A stretch of 63,881 nucleotides of DNA, the filler included, from Reclinomonas americana ATCC 50394 (Eukaryota), in the NCBI GenBank assembly GCA_048213135.1. It is 3 parts of 2 records of this genome, joined end to end, with 100 filler letters (N's around TTAATTAATTAA, not from the genome) between each part and the next. Parts side by side here need not be neighbours in the genome. Positions count along the whole stretch, not along the records: positions 1 to 27,447 come from PS015025.1; 2 more parts are not named here. One strand, written 5' to 3'. The notes under the pieces are model-generated. The model did no database searches, was not told the DNA's origin, and worked only from the letters and a program-made list of their open reading frames with translations. Below, piece by piece: positions 12,041 to 24,531 of the stretch. The stretch's first letter is position 1. Every line of letters starts with the position of its first letter. Made by a program: the position numbers and the translations under genes.

Positions 12041-15000
12041 TCACTTGGGCTTGGCCACCGAGTACGTCGGAAACGGTGGCTGCCAGTCGCTGCCGGGTGC
12101 GCGAGCCGCTGTCGCCGGTGGGGCGGATACAGGAAACTGCAGTGGCTGTGACAAGGCCGACGGCGGGGTCACTGCCGATGTCGGCTGCAGTGATACCGGT
12201 GAGCGCTGGTGCGACAGCAGTGTGATTCGGGCAATGCCGAGCGAAGCACAGTAGACGCGGTGATCGCCGTTGGCCCAGTCCTGCTGCTGGCAGTGGCGAC
12301 TGCAGTAGCGCGCAACATGGCACCGCGAGCAGCGCTGCAGCACACAATTGCCGCTGCCGCACGACCAGCATAGCCGCTTCCACCGCGAATTGGCCGACGA
12401 TCCACTACCGCTTGCAGCTGCTGCAACTGCCGCCGCCGCCGCTGCTGCTGCAGATCCCGACGCCGGCTCCACCTCCGCCTTCGTAACATCTGTTGTTGGG
12501 ACTAGTGTTGTCGACGCCGGTGTCGTTGTTGTTGTTGATGCTGTTGCGGCTGTCGTCGTTGTTGTCGTTGTTGTCGTGGTGGTGGAAGTGGTGGTGGTGG
12601 AAGTGGCCGAGGTTGCAGACGTCTTTGACGACATGCTCAAGCCGGCTGCCGCAGCAAATAGTGCGTACGCTGGCGCCTCGCGTTCACGATATCGCTGGCG
12701 CTGGGCGGCGCCACTGGAGATGGCCGACATGGCACTCGGTCGGCTCGGGTACGTGCTCGGGTACACGTACAACAGACCTGGGCGATGCACGCCGGGGACA
12801 TGCATCAGCGCCGGCACCCATCGTGGGTCACTGGCAGGCGCCGGCGATGAACCGGGAGCGGCCTCCAGGCCCATGGCAGTCACCTCTGCTGCCGCCGACG
12901 GCGGCACCACACGCGACACAATCTGCTCGTACAGCGGATCGGTGTGTGGCAGCGTGTTGGAGCCCTCTGGCACGCGCACGTTGACGGCCACCGACGGCAC
13001 ATGCGCCTCGCTCGCTAATGGCGGTAGTGTGGGTGACGGCGGTCTCACGGGCGGAAGAGATGCGAGCGCTTGTGCGGAGAGTGAGTGCGATGCGGGTTTG
13101 TTGTGCACGCCATTGACGGTCGACGAGAGCGTGATGGTGGCGCGCACCGGCTGATCCGATGCACTTGCGACAGCCGGCACCGCTGCACACAGAAATAAGG
13201 ATGAGCGCTCGACAAGAGTTACAGTGGACAGACATCACCACCACCACCAACCTGCGGCGCCGTTCGCCGGGGCCTTGCCCGTCTGGGAGTTGGAGACGGC
13301 AACTGCAGCAGCAGCCATGGCTGCGACCTTGGCCTGCAACGGCATGTTCATGTTCGACGAGTGCCGCAGCACCGCAGACGACACGGCCGCCACTGCCGCC
13401 ACCAGAGCCTCGGATTCTGTTGAATTCCACAATGGCTCCAACTTTTTCAGCGCCGCCGGTGGCAACGAGGCCACCAGCGACATGATAGTTTCCGAAATCT
13501 CCTCATCCGGCAACACAATCGACCCCGGTGTTCCTGCCACAGCGTTTTCGCTGAGTGCATGCACCACGTGATCGGAGCAGACGGGAGAAAAGAGAAAGAA
13601 AGAAAAGACAAACCCTCCGCCGCAGCGGCCACTGCCAGCTGCTCAGCACGATCAGTCAGCGTCCGCGTCGCTTGCTCCCAACTCTCCGTGGCTACACGAT
13701 GATGAAACAGGTGAGCAGCGAGAGAATACTCCTTCAAAACATTTCGACGAACACAAAACGCAACGAATGGCATTGATGATTTCGCAAATGGAGGACGGTG
13801 TGAGCCTCGGTGAGTCCAGCAGACGAATGAATGGCTCTTTCGCGGCCGCCGGTGCGGCCACCTCAACCGGTCCAGCTGCTGCCGGTGGTGGCGAGGCGAC
13901 TGGCGGAGTCGGAACGGGTGCAACAGGTGGCGGCCGATTGCCGACGCCGTGCCGAATGATCGAGTCTCGCAGCCAGTCCACCAACGGTTCGCCAAGTGTC
14001 TCAAACTATGTGCATGCGACCACAAAAATGAGCACCGCATGGCGACCCCCTGTCTCTAACTGCCGACACTCACCACGCCCGTATTGAACACATCCACTGG
14101 AACTGTTCGCAAACCGAGATCGACAAACGTGTCCACCAGCACACGAAAATCGGCGTCGGGTCCGTGCGGATGTGATTGCGCAAAGGGATCGCGTTCACAT
14201 CGCTCGCACTTGGCACCGCCAGCTAAACACGTCACCACCGACGACTGTAGCGCGGTGAGGAAGAGCGACTTGAGCACTGGTGGTGAGTAGTCCAGCTCGC
14301 CATCCGTGCCGGCCACGGTGGGTGGCGACGGGTCCAGAAGCAAGAGATCGGGCAACTCCTCAAAGATGGCTCGCATCTGCCGCCAGTACCCTTGCGTCAC
14401 ACACATTTCTAGTGGCGTGTCAATCGCCTGTGTACCACACACATAATGTCAGTGTCTCCATCATTGTTGCAGGCACTTTGTGTCGACTCACCGCACACGC
14501 TGCACGGGAGCGACAATCCACGCAGTTCGAGTCGTCCGAGTCGTGTGGTGGTGGCGTTGGGTGCGAATGTGGATGAGCGCCAGCACGAATGAGTGCACGA
14601 ACAATGCTCACATCACGCCCGTAGTAGCACGCCAAGTGCAGCGGCGTGTACTGCGCACACAGGGAGGAGGTGAGTCGAAGAGCAGGAGCAAGAGTGGCGT
14701 GTCGAAGAGCTGCCTCACCCCCGACACATTGGCCAGAGTTGGATCGGCGTTGTTGGCAATCAGCACCGTCACATGTCTGTATGTACCGTACATGACTGCC
14801 TCGTGCAGTGCATACCATCGACCGGGTTTGATGGGCTGGCTGACCAAAAAGGCGCCCGCCTGTGTGATGTGTCTCCGATAGTTGTCGAAATCGACCACTT
14901 CCCGATCGCCCAGCAACGTCGACTGGCCCAGCACCGACGCCTCGTCTGGTCGAAGATGATACGCGGCACACAGTGTGTGATACGTGAGACGAACCCAGCG

Positions 15001-15813
15001 CAGTGCATTTGGGAAGATGTCCCACAGTGACGCATGTGAGCTATGTGTCAACCTCACGCGAGTAAGACACTGGTCCACACGACAATGACGACGACCAAGT
15101 AACTTGGTGTAGGCCAGCGCCGTCAGCCACGAGTTGGGCGGTCCCAGATGACGCGGCTCAGGCAGCGGGCATGAGCCCGCCGGTCGCTGGTGCACCAGTA
15201 ACCGGAACGTAGGGTGACAGTGGATCATGGCAAACACGCAGGCGCCACGCACAGTGACGACTTTTTCGAGGATCTCGTCTTGCTCCTGTCCGTGTGTCGT
15301 GTGAGCACAAGAAGGGGGAAGGCACAACTCACAAGTGCGAAGCGCAACAGTGAGGGCAGCCAGCTTCTGCAGCGACATGCGTGGCGGCACAAACTTGCGC
15401 TCCCCGTGCAGCACAAAGTCGAGCAGCACCTGATTCCACATCCAGTAGCATTGCGTCTCCGGACGGGCAAAGAGCGCCGCGTGCGAGCGCATGAACGAGG
15501 CCGCCTCCTCAAACTTTCCCAGTCGCATCAGCACCTCCGGCACACTGCAAGCTCACAGTGAGCACGTACACGTACAAGCGCCCACACACGCGTCAGCACG
15601 AAACTTGAGACTGTACACGCAGTCTGGAAACCCCAACCCACCCCCCTTGTTGTCAGCACCAATTAGCAACACAACAACAGAACAACAAGAAGAAACACAC
15701 CGCTGTCGGTCACACTCATGTACTTGCTCAGCGCATCCTCGTACCGCCCGATGCGACGCAGCGCGTTGGCCACACAGTGAATGGCGCGCGGGTCACGCGT
15801 GTTGCCCAAACGG
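12041..15813 (-). CDS. TPR-like + ankyrin-repeat + C-terminal MYND zinc-finger protein (5' end in gap)
   Basis: ANALRRIGRYEDAL (TPR-like), ALHEAVMYG / TPLHLACYYG (ankyrin), CWSC..CSRC..YCSRHCQQQDWANGDH..C (MYND), linked by GT-AG introns. Confidence 0.75.
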
Positions 15814-16754
15814 NNNNNNNNNNNNNNNNNNNNNNNNNNNNNNNNNNNNNNNNNNNNNNNNNNNNNNNNNNNNNNNNNNNNNNNNNNNNNNNNNNNNNNN
15901 NNNNNNNNNNNNNNNNNNNNNNNNNNNNNNNNNNNNNNNNNNNNNNNNNNNNNNNNNNNNNNNNNNNNNNNNNNNNNNNNNNNNNNNNNNNNNNNNNNNN
16001 NNNNNNNNNNNNNNNNNNNNNNNNNNNNNNNNNNNNNNNNNNNNNNNNNNNNNNNNNNNNNNNNNNNNNNNNNNNNNNNNNNNNNNNNNNNNNNNNNNNN
16101 NNNNNNNNNNNNNNNNNNNNNNNNNNNNNNNNNNNNNNNNNNNNNNNNNNNNNNNNNNNNNNNNNNNNNNNNNNNNNNNNNNNNNNNNNNNNNNNNNNNN
16201 NNNNNNNNNNNNNNNNNNNNNNNNNNNNNNNNNNNNNNNNNNNNNNNNNNNNNNNNNNNNNNNNNNNNNNNNNNNNNNNNNNNNNNNNNNNNNNNNNNNN
16301 NNNNNNNNNNNNNNNNNNNNNNNNNNNNNNNNNNNNNNNNNNNNNNNNNNNNNNNNNNNNNNNNNNNNNNNNNNNNNNNNNNNNNNNNNNNNNNNNNNNN
16401 NNNNNNNNNNNNNNNNNNNNNNNNNNNNNNNNNNNNNNNNNNNNNNNNNNNNNNNNNNNNNNNNNNNNNNNNNNNNNNNNNNNNNNNNNNNNNNNNNNNN
16501 NNNNNNNNNNNNNNNNNNNNNNNNNNNNNNNNNNNNNNNNNNNNNNNNNNNNNNNNNNNNNNNNNNNNNNNNNNNNNNNNNNNNNNNNNNNNNNNNNNNN
16601 NNNNNNNNNNNNNNNNNNNNNNNNNNNNNNNNNNNNNNNNNNNNNNNNNNNNNNNNNNNNNNNNNNNNNNNNNNNNNNNNNNNNNNNNNNNNNNNNNNNN
16701 NNNNNNNNNNNNNNNNNNNNNNNNNNNNNNNNNNNNNNNNNNNNNNNNNNNNNN

Positions 16755-17257
16755 GGGCTCACATATCACCGCACAGGCGATGCGAGTGGTCGCGTGTCGC
16801 ACCCCTCGTGTCCAATGACCTACGAGTGTGTGCCGCTCAACACCAGTGTGGCTGACATTGAGCAGCTGGTGACACTGGACTATGCAGAGCACACGGCAGT
16901 TGCGTCCGCAGGCGAGGGAGTGAGCAAGCAAAGCAAACAGAGAGTGGCTCACCTTTTTCTGTGTTAGGCCTGTGCACTGGAATTGGCGCGCGACTCACGC
17001 GCGCGACGACGCAAGTCGGAGGCGGATGCGTCGGCGGCGGCAGCGGCAGTGGCAACAGCAGCAGTGTCGTCGTCGTCATCGTCGTCATCATCCACGCCCA
17101 CGGAAGCAGAAGATGACAGTGAGCAGCAGCAGCAGCAGCATCGATCGTATTTGCCGCCGGGCGACGACTCAGATCCCGCCGACGTGGCCGATCGGCGTGT
17201 CTATCTCAAGTGCCGGGCACCGATCGAGGCGCTGGCGGCCTCGCGTGCGCGAGAGAT
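16755..17257 (+). CDS. Fragment of an unidentified gene between two gaps
   Basis: Two exons joined by intron 16899-16967 give an open frame (..TYECVPLNTSVADIEQLVTLDYAEHTA|ACALELARD..RRVYLKCRAPIEAL); no recognisable family. Confidence 0.4.
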
Positions 17258-17884
17258 NNNNNNNNNNNNNNNNNNNNNNNNNNNNNNNNNNNNNNNNNNN
17301 NNNNNNNNNNNNNNNNNNNNNNNNNNNNNNNNNNNNNNNNNNNNNNNNNNNNNNNNNNNNNNNNNNNNNNNNNNNNNNNNNNNNNNNNNNNNNNNNNNNN
17401 NNNNNNNNNNNNNNNNNNNNNNNNNNNNNNNNNNNNNNNNNNNNNNNNNNNNNNNNNNNNNNNNNNNNNNNNNNNNNNNNNNNNNNNNNNNNNNNNNNNN
17501 NNNNNNNNNNNNNNNNNNNNNNNNNNNNNNNNNNNNNNNNNNNNAATGTACCACGCAAGCAGGGGAATGACATACTGAGAGAGAAAGAGAGACGCAACGA
17601 GAGAGCACGGCCTCCATTCGCAAGTGTGTGTGATGAAAGTGACGTCATCTCGTTTGTCCCCATCACAAAATCACACACTAGTCAAGGTGAGCTGCCCGTG
17701 CCGCTCTTGGCTCACACAGGCACACCGGGCAGTCTACTCCTGCTCTTGCTCTGCTCCTCTCTCTCTTTCACGCTTGTGGTGCTGTGTCGTGGGTGTGGTT
17801 GTGAGGGCGATGTGCATGTCTACATGCGCCTTTGTTTGGCACTCGCTCACTCACTCTTTCTCTTTGCGTGTGCGCGCGCAACAG

Positions 17885-18712
17885 ATGCCGAAGGAGATCA
17901 AGGATATGAAGAAGTTTGTCCTCCTTGCGAGGAACAACGCCAAGAGTTGGGCAAGAGTGTTGCTGTGTGTGTGTGTGTGTGTGTGCCGCATGTGTGCGTG
18001 ATGGCTGCTCACACACTCGTGCACAGCGTGCAAGATCAAGCGCATCAAGGGCAGCGAGGCCACCAAGTTCAAGGTCAGTCACTTCTCCGCGTGTAATCGC
18101 TTCTCTTTTCTGTCACTCTTTGAGAGAGAATTGAGATCCCCTCTTAATGGTGACGTTCCTCGCTCCACACTCCTCTGGCACACGCGCACACACACATACA
18201 CGCACTATATGTGTGTGTATGTGTGGGTGTGAGTGCGTGTGTAATGCGTGTGGGCCCATGAGGATCGGCAAGGTTTCCGGAGGGGAGAATAAGCAGAGAA
18301 GACGCAAGTCTCTTCTGGTTCTTTTGCTGTGACGCCCTCGCCCCTGCGTGCGTCTTCTCTCGTCGTGTTATTGTGGGGAGTAGTTCTGGTGCACGGATCG
18401 TGCCCGGGTAGCTCGTGGCATGCACGCAGTAGAAGCGCTTGGCAGACCAGAGGCACAGTGGAGATACATGATCACTTGATCAATCGCGCATGTGACAATG
18501 ATGATGATGTGTGTGCGCGTGCAGCTGCGCTGCGGACGGTACCTGTACACACTGCTGGTGGAGGACCTCAAGAAGGCCGACAAGCTCAAGGGCGTGTTGC
18601 CGCCGGGTGAGTCGTCTGCGCTTGCCACCGTCGTCTTGCTCACTCACTCACCACGCTGACTGTCGTGTGTGCGTGTGTATTATCAGGCCTGAAGAAGGTC
18701 GAGATCAAATAA
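17885..18712 (+). CDS. RPL38: 60S ribosomal protein L38 (eL38), 4 coding exons plus a 5'UTR intron ending right before ATG
   Basis: [71 protein letters not shown]. Confidence 0.96.
18137..18460 (+). ncRNA. Candidate structured intronic RNA (possible H/ACA snoRNA) in RPL38 intron
   Basis: Inverted repeats TCCCCTCT/GGAGGGGA, AGAGAAGACGCA/TGCGTCTTCTCT and TCTGGT/ACCAGA; AGAATA (ANANNA) after hairpin 1 and ACA after the last hairpin; the intron is 451 nt versus about 60-100 nt typical. Confidence 0.33.
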
Positions 18713-19055
18713 TCACTTCTGTGGATCATGGTGTTCGTGCTCGGAGACGGGGATGGAGGAGGAGAGTGAGAGAGAGAGAGGAGAAGGGAAGGGAATGAGG
18801 GGAAAGGCATGCGTCGTATGCAGCAGGACCAGGGTGGGAGCGGAGAGGCGACGTTGTTGTTTGCTGGCTCCTCACTGTGGCCTGCATGTGATGTGTGTGC
18901 GCGTGAGTGTCTCTCTCTGTGTGTCCTGCCCCTCCTCGCTTTGTATCTCGCTCCCTTCCTTGTCTTCGTTTCGTGTGGAGTGAAGAAGGCGTCCTGACGG
19001 TGTGCAATTGCATGAGTGTCCTCTTCATTATTCTACCAACACACACTCGCCGGAA

Positions 19056-20337
19056 ATGGGCAGTTGCATGTGCTGTGCTTCGCCAGTCAAGGGCGCACCG
19101 GTTGTTCCTCCCGTGCCCGCACTGCTGCTGCAGTCGTCGACCGACGATCGCCACGTTCTCATTCAACGAAACCTGAGTCCGCGTCGCGCGGGCGGAACCG
19201 ACGATCGCTCCTCTGCTGCTCACACACCACTGAGCGAACTCGGCAGCGATGTGCACTTGCAAGCTCCACGGGTGCGTGTGTGTGTGTGTGTGTGAGCCAC
19301 AGAGAAACCAATCCACAACTGATATCGCATTGCTGTACACATGAAGGGGGCACGAGAGGAGCAGAGTGGAGAGAACGCAAAAGAGGAGGAGGAGGGGGTG
19401 ATCGAGGGACCGTATGTGCAGGTGACAAACGGTGCCGACGGGCAACGGAGGCGCATTCCGCTGCGAGGTATGAAAACCACTCTCTCTTTCTCTGTCATTC
19501 TGTGCATTGCTGCTGATCGGAGAGTGCCACGCAGAGGGCATGTCGGTGCGCGATCTGAAGAAGCGCGTGTCGGCGGCGTTTGGGGTACCGCTGGATAGTG
19601 AGCGACTGCGATGCGCGCGGAAGGCGCTCTCGGATGACTATCGTCATGTCGAGTCGTGTTGCGTGCAGCTTGCTCGTGGGAATAGGCAGAGGAGTAGCCG
19701 GCGCTGACATGTGTATTAGATGGAGTGCAGACGCAGGGCGAGGGTCTGGTGTCGGAACTGACGCTGGTGAGTGCCTTGTTCTCGATATCTCTCGTCGCAA
19801 TGCTCACTCTCTCTCCCACCTGCTGCAGGAGATTGTCGAGACGCACCAAGTGAGTGGAGGTCACTGGTCTTCGCTGTGCGCCCCCCTTTTTCCCTCACAT
19901 CTTGAGGCGACGCAGATTGCCATCACCATTGTCACCGGCAGCGGCGATCCGCTGTCCTTGTTTGTGCGCGGTTCGTGCTGCTGTGGCAGGTTGGTCGTGC
20001 GCGGCCGCTCATCGATGCAGCTGCACAGGATCCGATACGGTGGACGACATACGATCGCGGGTCGAGGAAGCAGAAGAGCGTCCGGCCGACACCTTTGACC
20101 TGCTGAGCGCGAACAACCAGGTGAATGCGACAATGGCGTGTTTTCTCTCACGCAACTGGCTGACTGACTGTCGCTGCACCGGCACAGCTCGAGTACGACC
20201 GGAGTCTGCAGGACCAGGGCATTGGCTCTGGCGCCGTGCTGCAACTGGTGGATCGACAAGACAGATTATCCGAGTCTGCCGATCTGTCGTCCACGGCATC
20301 TGCCCCCGACGATCCAGTGGAGCCACCCGAAGAATGA
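19056..20337 (+). CDS. Protein with two ubiquitin-like domains and N-terminal dual acylation motif
   Basis: MGSCMCC start; MSVRDLKKRVSAAFGVPLDSERL..LSDD..SYGV and SDTVDDIRSRVEEAE..PADTFDLL..QLEYDRSLQDQGI..GAVLQLV; TGA at 20335-20337. Confidence 0.75.
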
Positions 20338-20407
20338 AACCACCTCATGACAACAACAACAACAACAACAACAACACATCTACGAGTTTATTAGAATCCT
20401 TCCCACC

Positions 20408-21797
20408 TTACTCCCCCTTCCCCCTGTGCACGCAGCGAAAGAGACGCAGCTGTGCCTCTTCGGCGACGAAGCAGCGTAGCACCAATTGCGGAAGTGGTTC
20501 GTGCTCATGTGCAACGCGCTCCGTCAACTCACGCACGGCCTGCACAGCATTGCGTGCGGCCACCACTTCCAGCTCGAGGTGCCACTGCGCGATCCAGTCG
20601 CCTGCGCAGTGGAGCGCACAATGAGTTGGTGGTCTTTGTTGTTTTTCATCTTTTTCTGGCACGACTCACCCGGAAGCCACAGTCGCACGGTGCCGTCCTC
20701 CGAGCTGCTGATGATACGACCGTCTCGCAGAATGACCACCGAGAGCAGCCAGCCAGTGTGGCCACTCAAAATCGCCACGCACTTGCCACTGGCCGCGTGC
20801 CACACCCGCATGGTTGCATCTGTCGACACCGAAAATCAGCACCGGCAATTTTGCAACAGTAGGCGATGCATGTACACACCAAAGGAGCCACTGACGACAT
20901 GGCGGCCATCGGGGGCAAACGTCACATGATGCACCCGCTTCTCGTGTCCGCACAGCAGTCGTTCCTCCCTGCGCTGCGTGTCATGCAGTCCGACGGCACA
21001 ATTCCACAACCCCAACGCCAGCGTGCGATCGTCGGGTGACAGCGACATGGACCACCAACGCGGCGGTCGCACAGCGTGCATGCATGAGCCGCTCTCCACG
21101 TTCCACCAGCGCACCGTTTCGTCGCCGGAGCCACTGACGACAAAGCGATCGTCGTGCGTCACGCAAACCGCGTTCACATCGTTCGTGTGGCCCTGCAACA
21201 CGCGCAGACATCGACCCGTGCGACTGTCCCACACACGCACCGTGGCATCCACCGATCCGCTGACGACAAAGCGACCATTGTGCGACACTGCAATCGCACG
21301 GATCGCTCGTCGATGACCAGGCGACGACCAGAGTTGTCGAGCGACGCCGCCGGGCGCCATCAGATCCCACAATGCCACCGGGCACTCGCGCGAGTCATCC
21401 ATGTACGTGCCTGCAGCACAGGCCAGCAGCGATCCGTCGACGGGCGAGAAGGCGACGCGAACGCACGGGAGTCCGCTGTCGACCGAGTGCAGCAGCGCGG
21501 CATTCTCGGCCACAAAGATTTGCACGTTGCGATCGCCAGTGGCCATTGCCAGCAACTGTGCGAGTGTGTGTGTGTGAGAGAGAGAGAGAGAGAAGGGGAA
21601 GGGGGGAGGGCAAGAAAAGGCGTGTGAACCTGTGGTGTGCCGACAGAGAGGGCTAAAAATGGGACCGAGTTGAGCGCGGAGAAGAGTGTGATCGACTTGC
21701 TCTGCAACTGCGGTGCATCGTGATACGACAGTCGGCATCGCCGACCGTCTTCGTCGGTGAGCTCAAGTGCCTCCTCGACTCCACCATCGTCGGTCAT
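20408..21797 (-). CDS. WD40-repeat protein
   Basis: Repeated GH..V..V..S.DGR.VVSGS.D.TVRVWD units (e.g. GHTNDVNAVCVTHDDRFVVSGSGDETVRWW); 4 exons. Confidence 0.9.
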
Positions 21798-21967
21798 TTA
21801 TTGGTGATCATGAGTTGTCGATGAACTTTCGTTCATGCATGATCGCGATCGACCGTCGACTTTTTCGATCGTCGGCGTCTCCTTCCGGTTTCGAGAACGC
21901 ACTGCGCATAGGCATCTCTGCCTTTTTTTCTTCGACAACCTTGTGACAGCTGCTCCTCCGTCTCCTG

Positions 21968-23867
21968 TCACTTGGTCTCCTGCATCTCCCACTCGCGGCG
22001 CCCGCTACGAAAGAAGGCACCATTGTCATTGAAATTATCCCCATCATCGTCGTCGTCGTCATCGTCGTCGTCGGCGTCGTCAAAGGCGAAGCGCCGCTCA
22101 TTGTCGGCTGACCAGTCACCGCCGGCCGCGTCCATACGACGCGAGTGCAGGCGCATGCTGCCCGGCGCGTGATCCACGGGTGGAGCACCATACGATTCGG
22201 CATACAGGGCGGCGAATCGATGAGCCGCCATGTACAACAGTGCGTCTGTGAAAAACATGTGATCAGAGAGGGAGAGAGAAGGGGCGAGCGAAGACTGCCC
22301 ACTGTGCGCATACCGAGCACCCAGATGCCATTCGAGAGCACATTCAGCAGATCGCACAGTTGCTGGCCGGAGGCCGGAAAGCGGAAAGCCACCCAGTTGC
22401 AGAGCGTGGCCAGCTGCGAAAAGATCACCGAGCCCAACACGTACAGCAAGTCGGCCCAAAATGTGCAGTCGGGCAAGTACTGCGCACCAGCAGCCACAAT
22501 GAGCGCACGAGCAAGGCGGCGGCGGTGAGACGGAGTGGGTCACACAACAATCAGCTGTCGCCGACGCAGCAGCTTCGGATCAGCGACTTCGCGACGAATC
22601 TCCTCGAGAGTTGGTGGCGGCCGTGATGGTCTCAGACTGCGCGAGAGAATCGTGTGTCAGCGAGACGACGATCGGTGAAGGCAGGTACGTGGTACGCTCG
22701 CACACACCGAAAGATCTCGAATCGCACAGGGCAGCCGAGCTGCACTTCGGCTCGATGATTGATGGCCCAATGGATGAGGCAGCACAACGACACCGGCACG
22801 AAAAAGTACGACATGGCCATGTTGAGCGAGTTGTAAAACTCCCTGCGTGAGCAATGTGAAATGACGATCGGAAGGAGTGACACGGAACCGTGCGCAACAT
22901 CGAGTACCCCGGACGCAGCGACACCAGTGCCAAGTACGTGTAAAACAATTGCGCCACAAAGAACCCCAGTGCCGACAGGCCGTACTGCAGCGAGGAGGAG
23001 AGATGAGCGGACTGTGAGGAAGGAGTGAGAGACAGATAGAGATGCACGCAACCCAGTTGATGCTCTCCAGCACACGCATGAGCACACTGCTACCTGTGCC
23101 ACCGCCGTACATGGGCCACGGGGCCATTCGCTGCGCCTGCACCGTCTCCAGCAGATACAACAACGTATCCTATGCGCGCAATGAGTACGAGCAGCGTAAT
23201 CCACACTGCGCATGGCCGCAGCACACACCGTCTGGTACACCAGAGTCGCCCAGAAGCTGATGCCAAGCGACGCGGAGACGCACTGATTCGACCCATCGAC
23301 ACCGCCACCACCACACGCCCAACTGCGCAGGCCACGTTAAAACAACAACGAACCTCTGAGAGAATCGACAGATCGCGCACTTCAACAACGCCGCCAGCGC
23401 GCCAAAGGTCGCCGCCACCAGGAACACCACATTGGCCCACCACGACCAGGCAACGCGATCAAAAAACGACAACTGCGTTGGTGTAAACACGCTCGCTCTC
23501 TCTCAAAAATAACCATGTTGTGTGGCTGTAAACACACCTGCTCGTCTGCCGAGTGGTGCGCAGGTGGTGAGGTGGCGTCAAACAGCACCTCCTCGTCGTC
23601 GCCACCATTGTCGGCGTCGGGGTCGTCGAGGACGTGCAACGCGTGTGCCGCGCGCAGTGGTGTTGCAGAGGCGGTCGATCGCTTGGAGTGGGATCGTGGT
23701 CGCCAGATGGTGGTGCTGCAGCGTGTGCGCGTCATGCCGACGTAGCGAACCACTTGCGGCTGCAGGGGCGCTGTGTGTGTGTGTGTGAGAAACAGAAGGG
23801 AGTGTGTGAGTGTGAGTGAGCACACGCAACCAGGTGACGCCGCATGGGCAAAGGGTGTCGCATGCAT
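21968..23867 (-). CDS. Multi-pass membrane protein of unknown family
   Basis: Several hydrophobic exons (WWANVVFLVAATFGALAALL, YGLSALGFFVAQLFYTYLAL, FWADLLYVLGSVIFS, LLNVLSNGIWVL) with GT-AG boundaries and an acidic tail; exact exon set uncertain. Confidence 0.62.
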
Positions 23868-24000
23868 GCGTGTGCTCTTGTCTCCTCTCCTCTTCTGTCG
23901 TCGTGGTAGTGGCCACGCGGCGAAGAACGCGAGTTTTTGTGTTCGCGCCCTTTCCGCGGCGTTCATTCGACGCCCCGTTGTTTGCGGAGAGGATAGTCGA

Positions 24001-24076
24001 AGAGCGGTGGCGAAGCTCGGTCTAACGCACCAGATTAAGGTTCTGGCATTCGCGGGTTCAAATCCCGTCCGCTCTA
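24001..24076 (+). tRNA. tRNA-Leu(AAG) with short (5-nt) variable loop
   Basis: Acceptor AGAGCGG/CCGCTCT+A73; D arm GCG-AAGCTCGGTCTAA-CGC; anticodon arm CCAGA-TTAAGGT-TCTGG; variable CATTC; T arm GCGGG-TTCAAAT-CCCGT. Confidence 0.93.
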
Positions 24077-24086
24077 CTTCTTTTTT
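24077..24086 (+). terminator. Pol III oligo-T terminator of the tRNA
   Basis: CTTCTTTTTT directly 3' of the tRNA. Confidence 0.75.
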
Positions 24087-24531
24087 GATTTTTATTTCCT
24101 TTTTTTCTTTTTCTGACACTGACACTGAGTGAGACTTGCGCAGGCAGAGTGGCTTTTGATTAATTTNNNNNNNNNNNNNNNNNNNNNNNNNNNNNNNNNN
24201 NNNNNNNNNNNNNNNNNNNNNNNNNNNNNNNNNNNNNNNNNNNNNNNNNNNNNNNNNNNNNNNNNNNNNNNNNNNNNNNNNNNNNNNNNNNNNNNNNNNN
24301 NNNNNNNNNNNNNNNNNNNNNNNNNNNNNNNNNNNNNNNNNNNNNNNNNNNNNNNNNNNNNNNNNNNNNNNNNNNNNNNNNNNNNNNNNNNNNNNNNNNN
24401 NNNNNNNNNNNNNNNNNNNNNNNNNNNNNNNNNNNNNNNNNNNNNNNNNNNNNNNNNNNNNNNNNNNNNNNNNNNNNNNNNNNNNNNNNNNNNNNNNNNN
24501 NNNNCCTTGATAGTTTTTCATTCTCATATGA

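Noticed and set aside
12348-13154. Long antisense ORFs (also 57847-58155, 58837-59346) and X-filled or poly-L/S/R/E ORFs
   Set aside because: Shadows of GC-rich coding exons, N gaps or microsatellites.
18269-18286. 16/18 match to the 18S rRNA 3' end (CAAGGTTTCCGTAGGTGA)
   Set aside because: Short, in sense orientation so it cannot guide, and no flanking rRNA similarity; probably chance.
24001-24076. CUN codon reassignment implied by the odd tRNA
   Set aside because: CTC/CTG fall at conserved Leu positions in RPL38, threonine dehydratase and the sulfatase.
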